A DNA stretch of 64,000 bases from Camelus ferus (taxonomy: Eukaryota). The stretch spans positions 8,620,001 to 8,684,000 of the forward strand of contig NC_045698.1 of assembly GCF_009834535.1 (NCBI RefSeq). The letters are read 5' to 3'. A program made the position numbers and the translations under genes. The notes under the pieces are model-generated. The model made no database searches. It saw only the letters and a list, made by a program, of their open reading frames with translations, and had not been told where the DNA came from. Below, piece by piece: positions 11,913 through 24,559 of this stretch. How positions within the stretch are numbered: position 1 is the stretch's first letter; every line of letters begins with the position of its first letter.

Positions 11913-14900
11913 GTCTCTTACAATGTTTTCATTTAGTGAAGTCCACCCAGAGCCAGGCTGCACCATCACAACAAGCATGCCCCCAGACATGTGGTCCCCA
12001 ACTTCCATGGCCGAGGGGACAGGCATGTTCTCACTTTTGGATGAGGCAGAATTTTTGTCACTTAGCAAAAGGTACTCAATTACCCACTTAACATTACAGG
12101 AGAGTCTATTGATCAGCTGTCACAATGTTCTACCGTCTTCTCCTGGTGATCTGCAAACAACTTCACAGACTCCTCTGACGTCATGATATCCTCTATAACA
12201 CTGCACATCCGCACATCCCAGTACTTGAAATCTTACTTTGCATCTATATTTTTAGCTTAATATGTATGTGCAGCTTAGCTTCTTGCTATGATCACGGCAA
12301 ACTTTCCCACGTGCCAACGATATCACTGTGAAGGGTTGAGTACCACGTGGATATACTGGGCTGAACTGCCTGCCTTGACCGTCCTGCTCAATGCCTCAAA
12401 ATGAATGTAGAAGCAGCCTTACCTTTTGCCAGATGCCCAGTGAGACCTATCTTCAAAGATACATTAGCAGCAAATGTGTAGGTAACAATGATCTACTTAC
12501 ATGAAAAACACTCAGCAGAAAGACTGAAATTACTCCTGTAGCACACGAGTAGCTTTTTTAAGTAAATCACGGGCATATATATTGAAAACTAATAAGGTAC
12601 GACAAATAAGAAATATAATTTTCCCTGACAGCCCACAAAGCAACTTGTTCTAAAAAGTTAAGAAGAAAAGACAATAGGCACCAAACAGAGCTGGGTAAGC
12701 ATAACGTTAAGACACTGAGAGAAACTGTGACACCAACTCTGAGTTTAAGAGCATCTTCTCTGAGTCAGAGCTAAAAATTTCTTCAAGCCACTGAACCTTG
12801 AACCCGCCACATCCCGAAGAGCTAAAATGACGCACAGCTACAAGAACAGCATGTGTATTTAAACTCAGATACAAGTCACCTAAGGAGCTTCTGAGACTAA
12901 GCGAAAATGAGAAAAATCTACTCTTGGTTCCAAAATCTGTTATGTTGCTTTCGAAATTCTTATCCTCACTTTCAAAAGATAAAATATGGGAAAGCACTTG
13001 TAATGACTAACATGCTGTAAAACTCAAAGGAATAATTGCTTACATTTCCTCCCACACCCTGTTCAACCCAAGAGAGCACTTGATCAGGCTGTCCCCCAGC
13101 TGTCCCACTGGCAGGTCTGTATCCCCTGCCAGTCTGCAGGTATCACCGCTATTATAAACTGCATAATTGTCTGGGCCGCCGGGAAGCCACATTAACTCAT
13201 ATTATTACACTGTGTAAATGGAAAGTATTTCTGTTGAGCACTGAAAGATCTTGAGGCCGAGTAGCAATGGATGCATTTTAAACAGAACAGGCACACACGA
13301 GCAAAGGAGGGATTTCAGAGATGTGATGGGAAACCGGGCAGCATGGCCACCTGAATCTGAAATCCAAGTTTGAAAAGGACAGTAGTAGCCACTCTTCAAC
13401 TAGAGAAAATGGCTAAACTACTCAAAGAGGGGCAGATTCTCTGGCTCTGGAATAACATGCTGTTTGCCAGTATTTTATAACTTACTGCTTCTTCAAAACT
13501 CATATTCAGCCCAGTCTGCTGACTGAATGGATTAATCAATGACCATTGACCAGCCCGTTAAAACTAATTTAGCTGCCTGCTCCTTCTTGCTTAAAATGTC
13601 CACACTTCTTCCCAGGTGTTGACCAAACTCGCATCCCATCTATTGAAGCTCTCCAGAACATACTCAATCCTAAGGGTCCACAAGCTGTATTTGTGGAGGA
13701 AGATGGGATGTCACTAAGGGTCAATTTCCCCCTACCATCCTCTTGCCCCTCCCCCGGACACTTTACTTCTTTCTAGGCTTCCTATGTACAAGCTAAAAGG
13801 ATTCCAAGAATCCTCTCAATTGCTGACACAGGAAATATGAAATCCCTATACAATTTGTCATGCCACTTGCCCTCAGTTGCAGAAAGAAGGTTTTAGATTT
13901 ATAAGAAAAAAGAGCCATATGTGAAACTGCTATAAACAGCGAGTAAAACCGTAATTAGCATCTCCTCCTGAGTGCCTAAAACTTTGATACTCACTAATAC
14001 ACATTCTCAGTGAGGCATATTAACTCCTCTTCCTTCAAAAGTTATTAGAACAGGGAACATACGAAAGGTTTATTCCCCCCTGTAACTTACACATGATGTC
14101 TTCCTATTGGCAGCCTACAGTTACAGTGATAAGAATTCTCTGAAATTGTGTTCCAAGTATTTAAGGAAACATGCTCAAAATATGGAAGCCAGCAACGGTT
14201 CACACTTCTAAAACTGTTCTGATGAAGCCTTCCAGGCGCCAGACTCGGCAGCCCACCAGGAGAGAAAATAATATTCTGGGGACATGTCTACAGACTTCAA
14301 TCTCTGCGGAACATAGGGCTTCTTCCAGCTTCCCTTTTGAGCAGCAAATATCTGTGCAAAACAGAAAAAAAAACAGAGGGAACTTTTTTTTTTGGAGCCA
14401 ATTTGGTCTAACATACAATTTTTGAAGTCGTATAAAGAAATAACAGAAATTACTTCCACTGATGGATGAAGGAGAACGCTTCCTTTAGGCAACATCCAAT
14501 GAATGGCATGGAAACTACGACCATTAGAGAAATGGCATTTTTAACCCTATGAGTGATGGAGGTTGGAGACTTAGTCTTACAGACAGGAAAATCTTTTGAT
14601 TCCAACTCACGCAAAAAAAAAAAAAGATTGCCCTATTTTTTTGAAGCATGTCAAAAGTTCTAGGAAGTATATTTTATACGTAAATGCTTGTTATGGTTAG
14701 GCCTTCTAAAGCATTTTCATACGAATTATCATATCACATTCACAAAATCTCCGTGAGTTTTGATCACTATGAGGGAAAAAACCAAAATAGGCCCAGCCAC
14801 AAGGTCACAAGAGAAAGCTGGCACCAAGCATCATCTGGATGCCGGGACTCAGAACTTGCATCCAGTCCTCCTTCCAGAGCCGCAGTGCCCAGTAGCCAAC

Positions 14901-14974
14901 ACCAACCAAAGCAAACAATTCTGAGTTCACGAATCACTTCTGACAATGAAAATAAAAGTGTACGTATAGCTCAC

Positions 14975-15050
14975 AATGATTAACTGAGTGTTCACCATGT
15001 GCCAACTACTGTCTGAGGATTTTAGGATCAATGATAAAAAGGGACAGACT
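14975..15050 (-). mobile_element. L2 3' end remnant
   Basis: taactgagtgttcaccatgtgccaactactgt...aaaagggacagac. Confidence 0.45.
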
Positions 15051-15834
15051 ACCAGTATGGGGCAGGGGCGAGGAGAAGCATGGTCCTCTATGACCGTGAA
15101 GATGATGCACGTAGATATCTACGCACCCGTATGTGTGACGTAGAAAGCCATGATTTCCTGAGAGGGGCATCCTGACTTACTCTTCCCAACGCACCTGAAC
15201 CACACAGAGAAGTGAAGGCTGCACACCCAGCAGAGCTCCCACCCGTGAGCCCCAGATTGTCGCAAACACCCTGCCTCTCGCACAGACGTCCCCGAGCCTG
15301 TGCAGGCACGTCAGTAATTAAGCTGCACGTGGGGGCAGCAGAGGTCCAGAATTCAAGAAGATGCGTCCTGGTTAGCATTTAACAGTAGAAATAGCTAAAG
15401 CTATTAAAGAGGGGCACCAGGTAGACCAGGTTCTCTGCTATGTATTTTAGGTCTGTACTCTCTGAGTTTGTCCACATAACCACCTGAAGACAGAAGGATC
15501 ATTACCTCCCCTCCATCAACTATGACACTCAGAAGTAGCTTATCCACATGCTGAAAAAAAAAAAAAGAAAGAAAGAAAGCGCTGAGCTGTGAACACCGTC
15601 CTGTTGAGATACAACCACGAAGCCATCCCTCATGTGTGGTCCACCGGCAGCCTTTACTACCGGGACACACGGAATCAGGGAGCAACAGAGCGTCTCCTTA
15701 AAGAAGAAATCCCACCGAGAAATGGGGACATACTGAACTACAAGCTTTAGAATTCTGCTTTACAAATAAGAATTGATCAAATGAGGGATAAACTGGTAAA
15801 ACATGGCAAAGGGTAAGGTAACTGCCACAGACAA

Positions 15835-16400
15835 ATAATACCAATCAAGAGCACGGCAAACAGACCAACTGAGAAACGGGCAGGAGATACAAAAACATCA
15901 TTCACCAAAGAATTAGGAGTTCGTCGAAAACTTACATGGTATTCAACCTCAGCCATATTCAGTGAGAAGCGAATTAAATGAAGGAAAACACAGTATTTCT
16001 CCTATTTAATTGGAATTTGTTGTTTTGTTTTGTTTTTAACTATAACACCCAGTGTTACCAAGATCATGGGGAAACCGGCACACTCCTGCCTTCCCTGAAG
16101 AAATATAAATTATAGAAACTTTCTGGAGGACAATTTGACAGCATGTATCTACAGCCTTGAAAACATCCAGTTCTAGGAAGTAATCCAGAGAAAATAACCT
16201 GAAGAAAACGATTTAGCTTTAATCACAGCATCATATTATACCACCCCCAAATGAAAATGCCACCCAGCTCCCAAAACAGCAAGTTGTTTAAGTGACTGAT
16301 GTTATAGAAAGGTAATGGAAAACAGACACTAAAAATGAAAACTAACTCTATGAGAAAAGCTGTCTTACATGCTAAAAGGTAACAAAACAGAGTACTCTTC
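15835..16400 (+). mobile_element. Ancient L1M (L1ME/MC-like) ORF2 3' end
   Basis: ccaactgagaaacgggcaggagat...ttcaacctcagccata...ataacacccagtgttaccaagatcatggggaaac...actttctggaggacaatttgacagcatg. Confidence 0.65.
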
Positions 16401-19400
16401 TAAACTTGAAGATGGGTACAGATTCGCATTTCTGCTGCAAACATACTCACTCATTTCAGGGGCTTCCGATCATGCATGAACCTTAGCTTCTTTGAGTCAA
16501 TTCTCCACTGTCCAAATTTTTAATGATAGTGCGTTATTTTTGAAACCAGAAAAAATTACAAAGGTTTATTTGAAAAAGAGAAAAATATTTCACTACTGTG
16601 CTACAGAGTTCTCAAGAAGACAGCAACTTGATAAAACTACTCAATACATCTCTCAAATTTAAAAGCAGAGAAAATATAGGTGTGGCAATGATCAGAATAT
16701 ACACAAGATACACTCCACGAAGAACGAAGCCTGTTAACTTTCAGTCAGGTGTTCAGCTAATGAATGAAACGTATTCCAAAGCAAATAGATCATACCCTTT
16801 TCAAAAATGTAAAGGCATGATTTTTTTCCCTGTGTGGTGATATATTCTATATCAAACTATGATCTATTTAGTGGAAAGATAATATACAAAGAACAAAACA
16901 CTTGAAACTCTGCCATAAATACTATGTTCTTGTGTTTGCATGGCAACGTGAGTGGGTGTGTATGCTGGGTGTCATATTCAGTACAGTTTTTTGCTTTATT
17001 TTCTTCTTAACTTCAGTGCCATGAATACTTCCTATATAATCAACTATTCTTTAAAAAGATAACTCACAGCTACACAATATTCTCTTGGACAGAGGTGCCA
17101 CTGTATGTCTATACAAGTACACGCATTTAACTATATACTAGTTTTATTCTAAGATTTTTCATGTAGTATGAATCCTGATGAACAAGAACTGGGTATTACA
17201 ATCAATATGGAAAGCGATTTAGCTTGAAAGAGGCTCTCTCTGGATGAATCCGTAGGTGTTTAGTAAAGAAAATGTGCTACCTGAGGACCTTTTCAGTGTT
17301 ACCTGTTCCAACCTGACTCAAGCCAAACAGTTTGATCTAAACACTACAAGCCCCAGGCTTCCTGGACCACCCTTCACGTCCTGGGTAAATGTGACATGAA
17401 CCCTACTGTCTCTGAGACCATCTACACGATGCCCATTTCACGTGTCTGCCTTTCTGGAGAACTCCTCCACCTCCTCAACTGGAGATTCCAAAAATACCAT
17501 GTTCAGCACCAGTGAAGAAAGTACTAGAGACAAGAGACTGAATTGTGGCTCTTTTATATTTGGAAGACTTGGTTTGCTGCCAAAGAAATTGCTCTTCCTG
17601 GAAATTAAATTATTCTGTGTTACTGAAGGTAATGACCGCTATGTTACTCTAATGTTTGAAAGTCCAAATAAAATATTTGAGAGAGAAGAATAAAATAAAT
17701 TTTAAGAAGTGAGCCTTTTTTTTTTTTTTTTAGGTTGAGTAGTCATGCTCAGAGTCAAAGCAAACATCACATCTATTTGGTAATTCAGTTTTGTTTTGAT
17801 GGTGTCCACTACTGCTCTTACTCAAAGTTAAAACATTAACAACAGCCAAACTCTAATTATCCACACTGAGGTAGAAAGTTCCATGGATAATAGCCAGCAT
17901 AGATCATCATTTTTATGTAGTTAGGGAAGTCAGATTTTGACACTGTCTTTTTTATGCTCAATTGTCACCACTTACGGGGCCATTTAATTACTGGCAGTCA
18001 AAGTCTAACGTGGGGAGTTGGGAAGAAATGAGTTATTTTTAAGTTGGCAATATATAAATCAGCTGAATCTCATGGACCATATTCTCTATAAATCAGACAG
18101 GGCTTTAGATACTCCCCTGGTAATTCCTGATATCGTGTCAAAATACCATAAAATATTTGAAGAGCTCAGCAAAGCAAACTCCTTTAAAGCTACTATATCC
18201 GGAATTCTACAACCAGAATTCTTTATAATTCTGTCAATGAGGAACGCTTCTTCCCTACTTGCACTATTTCCTTCCAGGTGAAGGGAACCTAATTAATGTA
18301 ACACTCTGGCCTCTCCCTGCCCTTTGCTTCCTCTGCCTTTGAAGAATAAAGGCGGCAGCGTGGCCAGCTCCTTCCTTCCTCTGGAGACCCTGCTGCCTGC
18401 AGAGGGCAAGGCTTGGGCTCTGGGGCTCAGAGGCAGCTCTGTCCCTTGGTGGGGGGGGGGGGGTGAGGGGAGGGGGGATAGGAAGGGAGGGAGGCTGAGG
18501 TCCTGGGACATCCTCTGACATCACAGCAGCTAATCAAAATGGACATTTCCCCCCATGGTGGCCACTTCTTTATCTTTTTTTCCTTCCGACATCCCACCTT
18601 TTGTCAGGGAGGGTTGGAAAGGAGGATTGATATCTATCCAGTTCCTTAAAGGCACCATCAATCCAAATTTCTGCACATTTTTTGACTGAAGGTAAACATA
18701 TACCTGCCTGTGATTTATGTCGTGGCATATTTAAATAAGAAAAGATTACAATAAGCACTATATGATTATGAAGATGCTTCTAAACCAAAAGAATAAATTA
18801 TTTAAAACGTGTACAAAATGCATTTTCCTTAATACATGTACATCAAATCAATCATTTAATGACAGTTGTGATAATGACATCACACAAAAAAAGGTCACTA
18901 ATGAAAAAACTCCAGTCTTCACCTATGCAGGATAAATATAATAACAAATGTCAATGATAGAATTAACTGTTCCCCATCATCGAATGCTATAAACTAAATA
19001 CCCTATTTACAAATACATTTTATATTATTTCAAACTTAGAGAAATTTTGACACTGACAGTTATTTAACCAAACATAATGGGCTCACCTGCTTACTTTGGT
19101 CCCCAAACCAGAAAGTTCTTTTATTATAACATGTGTTTTACTCTGGTAACTTATAATTAGAAGTTCCCACAATAACATATAAATTTAAATATAAATGCCC
19201 ACATTTATTGCCAAAATGTTTTCCTGACTGAAGATAAGTTAGTCTCCTGTTCTATAGGTCACAATCTGTAACAATTTCTAAGATGCATCCAAGCGTTATT
19301 ATTGTTATAATTATGTTGAAGATCTGAGTGTTACCTTGTAGGGGCTGGGCACTTCACTGAAGCAACTAAGAGTGAAAGGGCAAGTGAAGATGACCGTTTA

Positions 19401-20111
19401 TTTTTGAAAAGGTACCAATGAACGCACATGTTTTTTTCCCAAGAACTTGAATTTAATTGGGGGTGGGGTGGGTCTTCTCTTTAAGTAATAAATTTAGCTG
19501 TTTCAGTTTCTGTTTTCTTTGGCACAACAATATTGTGGTTCAGGGCTCTGTGGTTCTAAAAAGAGCAGCTGTTTAATATTTGACTTCACAGAGAGTGATG
19601 CTTATAAAACTGTCTATAATATTCTTTCTACATTATTCAGCTTCGTAGAAAACGTGATCTTAGGTGAATAATGTAACACTAATAGGGAGTATCAAAGGTT
19701 TGCAATTTCTGACTGTTAGATTCGAATCTGTTTTTTTAATAATGCTGCTGGGAGATACAAAGGGCTTCTCTTTTATCTCAACCATTATATATTTTAATAT
19801 GTAAATGAGTGGCATGTTGCAGAGTAGAAAACATTTTATATGGAAATCTACATAATAAAGTAATAATACAGTAGGAGTGGGGGAGAATGTATCTATTTAA
19901 TAGCCTTTGTTAGAGATAGTGGTGGCTTTTATAACATATTTAGTAAGACATAAGTGAAGCCGAAGTACTCCTCTTAATATGTAGATATAGATCTCTCGTG
20001 TTTGTACAAATATTTATCATTACAAGGCACTTATGCACTTCCTTCCTTTTTCCTGAAACCAATCTTTTCAGACTTTCTTACTGTACTCATTCTTTTAAAG
20101 TAAACCAAGCT

Positions 20112-20260
20112 GGGGGTTGGGTACAGCTCAAGTGGTAGAGTGCATGGGTTAGCATGCACAAGGTCCTGGGTTCAATCCCCCGTACCTCCTCCAATAAATA
20201 AATAAATAAATAAATAAAGTTAATTACCTCCCCCACACACAAAAAATAAAATAAAATAAG
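20112..20260 (+). mobile_element. tRNA-derived SINE (camelid vic-1-like) with (AAAT)n tail
   Basis: gggggttgggtacagctcaagtggtagagtgcatgggttagcatgcacaaggtcctgggttcaatcccc; A and B boxes; flanks taaaccaagc / taaaccatgc are a likely TSD. Confidence 0.9.
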
Positions 20261-20377
20261 ATAAACCATGCAAAGATACTTCATTATTATTGACTATATT
20301 CCCTATGCTATACATTTCATCCTTGTGACTCATTCAGCTTATTTTTTAAATTTATTTTAGAGTACATCTTTATTTGT

Positions 20378-20490
20378 CACACCCATTTTACAGCTGAAAA
20401 AACTGAGGTCAAAACAGGCTCATATAAATGGCCAAGGACACACAGGCTTAACAGAGACAAAGCTGGGATCCATTCAAAGCCGGTGCTTCT
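20378..20490 (-). mobile_element. MIR SINE fragment
   Basis: cccattttacagctgaaaaaactgaggtc...gccaaggacacacag is the MIR core, reverse orientation. Confidence 0.75.
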
Positions 20491-23400
20491 CTCATCTCTG
20501 CATCCATCCAAAGCAGAATCCAAAACAGCATTACACTGGGATATATATCCTAACATTACATATAAATGTATTAAATATTTAAAAATATGAAATATGCATA
20601 TATATTCATTCTTGGGCAAAACCCAAGTTTTTCCTCTACAGATATATTTCTGCCCTGAAATGACAGTTAATGGAATAATAGGTTTCAATATATGTCATTC
20701 ATTTCACAGATAACTTTTCAGGAATCTTACCAAGGGACACAGGAGAGGCATTCTAGGAAGCACTATTTCACTTATTTAGTCATTATTTGCAATTTGTCAA
20801 AAACTAATTGATACAGAGTCTAACTTCAATATCCTAATACAGCTAAGACATTTCCTACAAATCAATTAACCATGATCCTGAGCTTGAAATTACGCTCAGC
20901 TGCTATGTGATCAAAAGATAAACAACTGGGGGTGTCATAACTACACACGTTTGTTATGAGTTTTAACATTTTTAATGGCCTAGAAGAACAGTATGATAAA
21001 ATATTTCCATGAGTCTCCTGTGTTGAAGAACTGTTTGTGAATATAATTGCATTCATTAAAGCCAACCAGGCAGTTTATTAATCAGTAGGCTAGATTGGCA
21101 GAGAATGTGAAAGAAATTATTTATCTATGACATGTTTAATATTTTCCATTAATATAAAAAGCTGTTGCTTTGGCATATAATCAGATAAACTTAAAGTCAG
21201 CAACAAGTATCATGAACTGTTTTAGCCCCAAAAAACTTTTCATCCACATCCACGTAACATTTATCACAAAGTCATCAAGGTACCAAAGCTCTGAGAACAC
21301 CTTTAGAATATGGTTGATGTAAACCATCATGGAAGCCAACTGAAGAATTTGACCTACAGGTGTGTTTCCGCAAGCAAAGAGCCACTGTACCACAGCTTCA
21401 ATGGAAGTACTGGATTTAAAAATACCTGCTCATCTTCTCTCGGTATTTGGTCAACTTCTGAATTATGGTGTTCAAGTTTAAGCACTCTCAAGAATGTAGC
21501 ATCTTTTAAAAATAAAAACCTTTATGAAAAATAAAAGCTTTTAGGAATAGTAATCCCAGCATAACCAATTCTCCACTAGCTAAATTAAAGTTCACACAGA
21601 GAAACAACCATAATGAGTATTCATATCTTCTGAGGATAATCATCAGGAAAAGCAAGAAAGAAAAAAAAAAGAATACTCTTGGCAGCTCAAAATGCCAGTA
21701 ATTCCTATTTTAGTTCAATTGCCTTGTTACAACCAGATACACTGGCCTATATAAACTATATCTGACTTTATGAACAAATTACAGTAAGTTATTTTAAATG
21801 TAACTTTAATTTCTTACATAAGGACACCGTGATGAAATTACTCAGGAGAACTCTTCAACAATTCCACATAAAAGCATACCATATAAAAGAGAACCGTGGA
21901 AAAGCACAGCAGAAACTAGCAAGTTCCATAGCACTGTCAGGGAGAGGACTGCATATTCACTTATCTGTCAAAAGTACAGAATACCATAACTTCATTTGTA
22001 ATTTTAGGGGTCACTATGAATGTGATATTATCCTTTTAAGTTATTTAACAAAATTCTAAATTGCACTTTCCAGCTACTATCATTTGAATTCCATGCTTCT
22101 CTTTGATGAACTATTTCAGTGGAGAAAGAATTGGCTCGTGTTCTATCTCGAAAGATGCGAAGTTGATGGAAATACTGTAATGTGACAGTGCGTGACTTTT
22201 ATTACGAACAATGAAAACATTAGTGACATCTATAATGATTAGGTCATAGAACTACACAAACAGACACCAAATGAAGTAACTCCTTTCCACAAGACGATGA
22301 CAATTTTATTAGAGCAGCAACCTCCGGTGCTCACTGCAATTGCCATTCAATCAAGTGCTATCACTTTCAAGCCATAATATAACATAAAACTCACACATCC
22401 AATACACGTAGCTTTGCCCACACCCACCGTCTGCCCTGACGTACACACACAGGCACCAAGTAGCATCTACAAGTCCTTTAAGAATTCTGTTTATAACGGA
22501 AAGAGTAGATTCAAAAGAAAAAGTCAAAAGAAGCAAATGAATGTCTACTTCTCCTATTGCCTCTTTTTGCAAGAAATCTGACATTAGAACAATGCAACAA
22601 GCACAAGAGTATATTCCAAGTGCTGTTAGAAAGTTCTCTGAATGTGAATAAGGGGAAAGCATAGCAATATTGGTAAAACTGACCACACTCTTCAGTTAAC
22701 TCGAGCCACACAGCCCTCGCTAGTCTCTCCGTGACGCCGACTTGTTAGCTGCATAATCACAGGCCTCCCAAATTTCTGCATCTAACTCCAAACGCAATCA
22801 TCTTCATCCAAGCCCTGTGGCCCGCACAGACCGGTGACGATGCCGCTTAACACTTTCCCCAAAACATTAAAAATGGATTCTGCGTGTGGCAAAGAGATTT
22901 TACGGCAGACTAAAGCACCGAGTCCGTATCTGAGGACGCCCGTCCCCCGATCTGTCATACTTCCCCTTGAGAGAGCCCCCAGAACCATGCACAGGTTCAG
23001 CCCTGTAATTTTATGAGTCACAGCACTTTCCCAAGGGAATTTAAAAGTGGTGCAGCTCCAAAGCCTTTTAATCCTGTAGGTGAACTACTAACAGCAAAGA
23101 GATGAACTGAACCACCGTCAGTAGCTGATGAGACTTTAAAGCTGCTGATGGAAGGATGCACAATGAGATAACTCTTAGGTAGTTTCAGCACCTCCCTCTT
23201 TTCACGCAAGTCGCTGCAGAAAATTCCAAGCATCTTAAATACCTGCCACATAGTTCCTAAAAGTTAAAATAGATGTGTATCAAGCCTGATACTGTGGTTA
23301 TAACATATCCATTTTCTAAACCAACATATTTGCTTGGAAACGTTAGGCAAGCATGTTAAAAACACCTTTCAGAGCCAAAGCAAATCAGATCGGTTCAACT

Positions 23401-24461
23401 GACGCACGCAAGAGGGAAAAAAACACCTTGGAACCACAACCTGCCCTCCTTTTTCTTTTTCCACACTCTGCACCACCCCAACATTTACAGCGAAGCACAA
23501 CTTTAGGCATTTTTAGAACTAACTGCTCATTGTGGGAACCACACACACATCCCAAAATCTCTCAGACTGTTTTCCTACCACACAGACCAGGGAAGCTGCA
23601 CCATCTCTCTAGTGACTTAATTCTGAACGTGGTGGCTGGAGCCAGCTGAGCAGCAATCGATGCAAACACATTACACACCAGAATAAGAGGAAGGTCGGCA
23701 AAAAAGAAAAGCAGCTTTGCTTTCGGCCATTAATTACGGATCACCCAAATAATCGCATCGCAACCTCCCACGCACATGCACCGGGTTCCAAACCTGGGTT
23801 TCAGGCGGCGCTTTCCGGAGCCTCGCTATCTATTGTCAGGACTCAGAAGCCCCCGAAACCTGTGAATCAAGCTGAAAACGCTTCCTCTGAAACAGCTAAA
23901 TATAGACCAAAGGGGCCCCGGGTCTGGCGGGCCGCGGGAGAGTGAAGAAACAGCCATGGACGCATATGACTAAGTATTTCCATTTTGTTCTAGCCAAACA
24001 TCGTAATGACATTGAACATAAGGGCAAAAGACTGGAGGGAAGTCCTCCCCACCCCCATCCGCCTTCTCCCGTACATTAGGGACGTCATGAATGCAACGGG
24101 TATGTTCTGGAGGGTGGCGGGGAGCAGTATTGTTGGTGTTGCCCTATATACGCCTCCTCCGGGGGAGATGGGTGGCAGGGAGGGGGAGAACGCAGAGAAG
24201 ACACTTGGTAACCGCTCCAAGAAAGGCACTAACCCCGGCCCACGTTCCAGGCAGAGCCGTCTTCCGAGAGGGGACCCGGCGCGTCCGCGGTCCTCCCCCG
24301 GACTGGCAGGACCGCGCAGCAGCCGCCGCCGCCACCGCCACCGCCGCCCGCCGGCCGGGAGCCGAGGACCAACCCCCACTGGCGGCGAGGAGGAGGGCGA
24401 GGAGGAGGACGACGCTGAGGAGGATGCGCCTGGCCCCAGCAGCCCGGCGCAGGCAACTCAC

Positions 24462-24498
24462 CGAACGGCGCGGCGCCCGATTGCCTCCTCGTGAACAT
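24462..24498 (-). CDS. CTNND2: CTNND2 (delta-catenin) first coding exon, 37 nt: MFTRRQSGAAPF + first base of the next codon (phase-1 intron)
   Basis: Minus strand reads ATG TTC ACG AGG AGG CAA TCG GGC GCC GCG CCG TTC G|GTGAGT (donor = revcomp of actcac at 24456-24461). The peptide matches the delta-catenin N-terminus as I recall it (human MFARKPPGAAPLGAMP..., mouse MFARKQSGAAPFGAMP...). It lies in a CpG island. No further exon was recognised in the next 24 kb, consistent with the very large CTNND2 intron 1. Confidence 0.92.
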
Positions 24499-24559
24499 GC
24501 ACCCGCCACCAGCGACAGCTCCTCAGTCCAGCGAAAGGCGTGCGCGCCGCCGCCCTGCT

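Larger units (their letters stand above)
1..24461 (-). other. CTNND2: CTNND2 intron 1 (proximal 24.5 kb; continues beyond window start)
   Basis: Begins at the GT donor at 24461. I did not recognise the expected exon-2 peptide (AMPVPDQP...) in the window. Content is repeat-rich and non-coding. Confidence 0.85.

Noticed and set aside
15110..15123. 14-bp palindrome cgtagatatctacg (also 16-bp atgcaatatattgcat at 54250-54265)
   Set aside because: Isolated short palindromes with no supporting context; a few are expected by chance in 64 kb.
15404..15500. Possible cryptic minus-strand exon (ccttctgtcttcag acceptor at 15484)
   Set aside because: Short pyrimidine tract, no clear donor, no similarity to delta-catenin.
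18546..18565. CTCF-like motifs (also 24735-24752, 34071-34084, 58895-58909)
   Set aside because: Each has mismatches or a spacing error in the core CCASYAGRKGGCR; not supportable without a PWM or ChIP data.
20112..20190. tRNA gene (also 10680-10753)
   Set aside because: A/B boxes are present, but A-rich tails, TSDs and a poor acceptor stem indicate tRNA-derived SINEs.
24229..24461. Continuation of the MFTRRQSGAAPF ORF to 89 aa
   Set aside because: Runs through the consensus GTGAGT donor; similarity to delta-catenin stops there, so it is intronic read-through.
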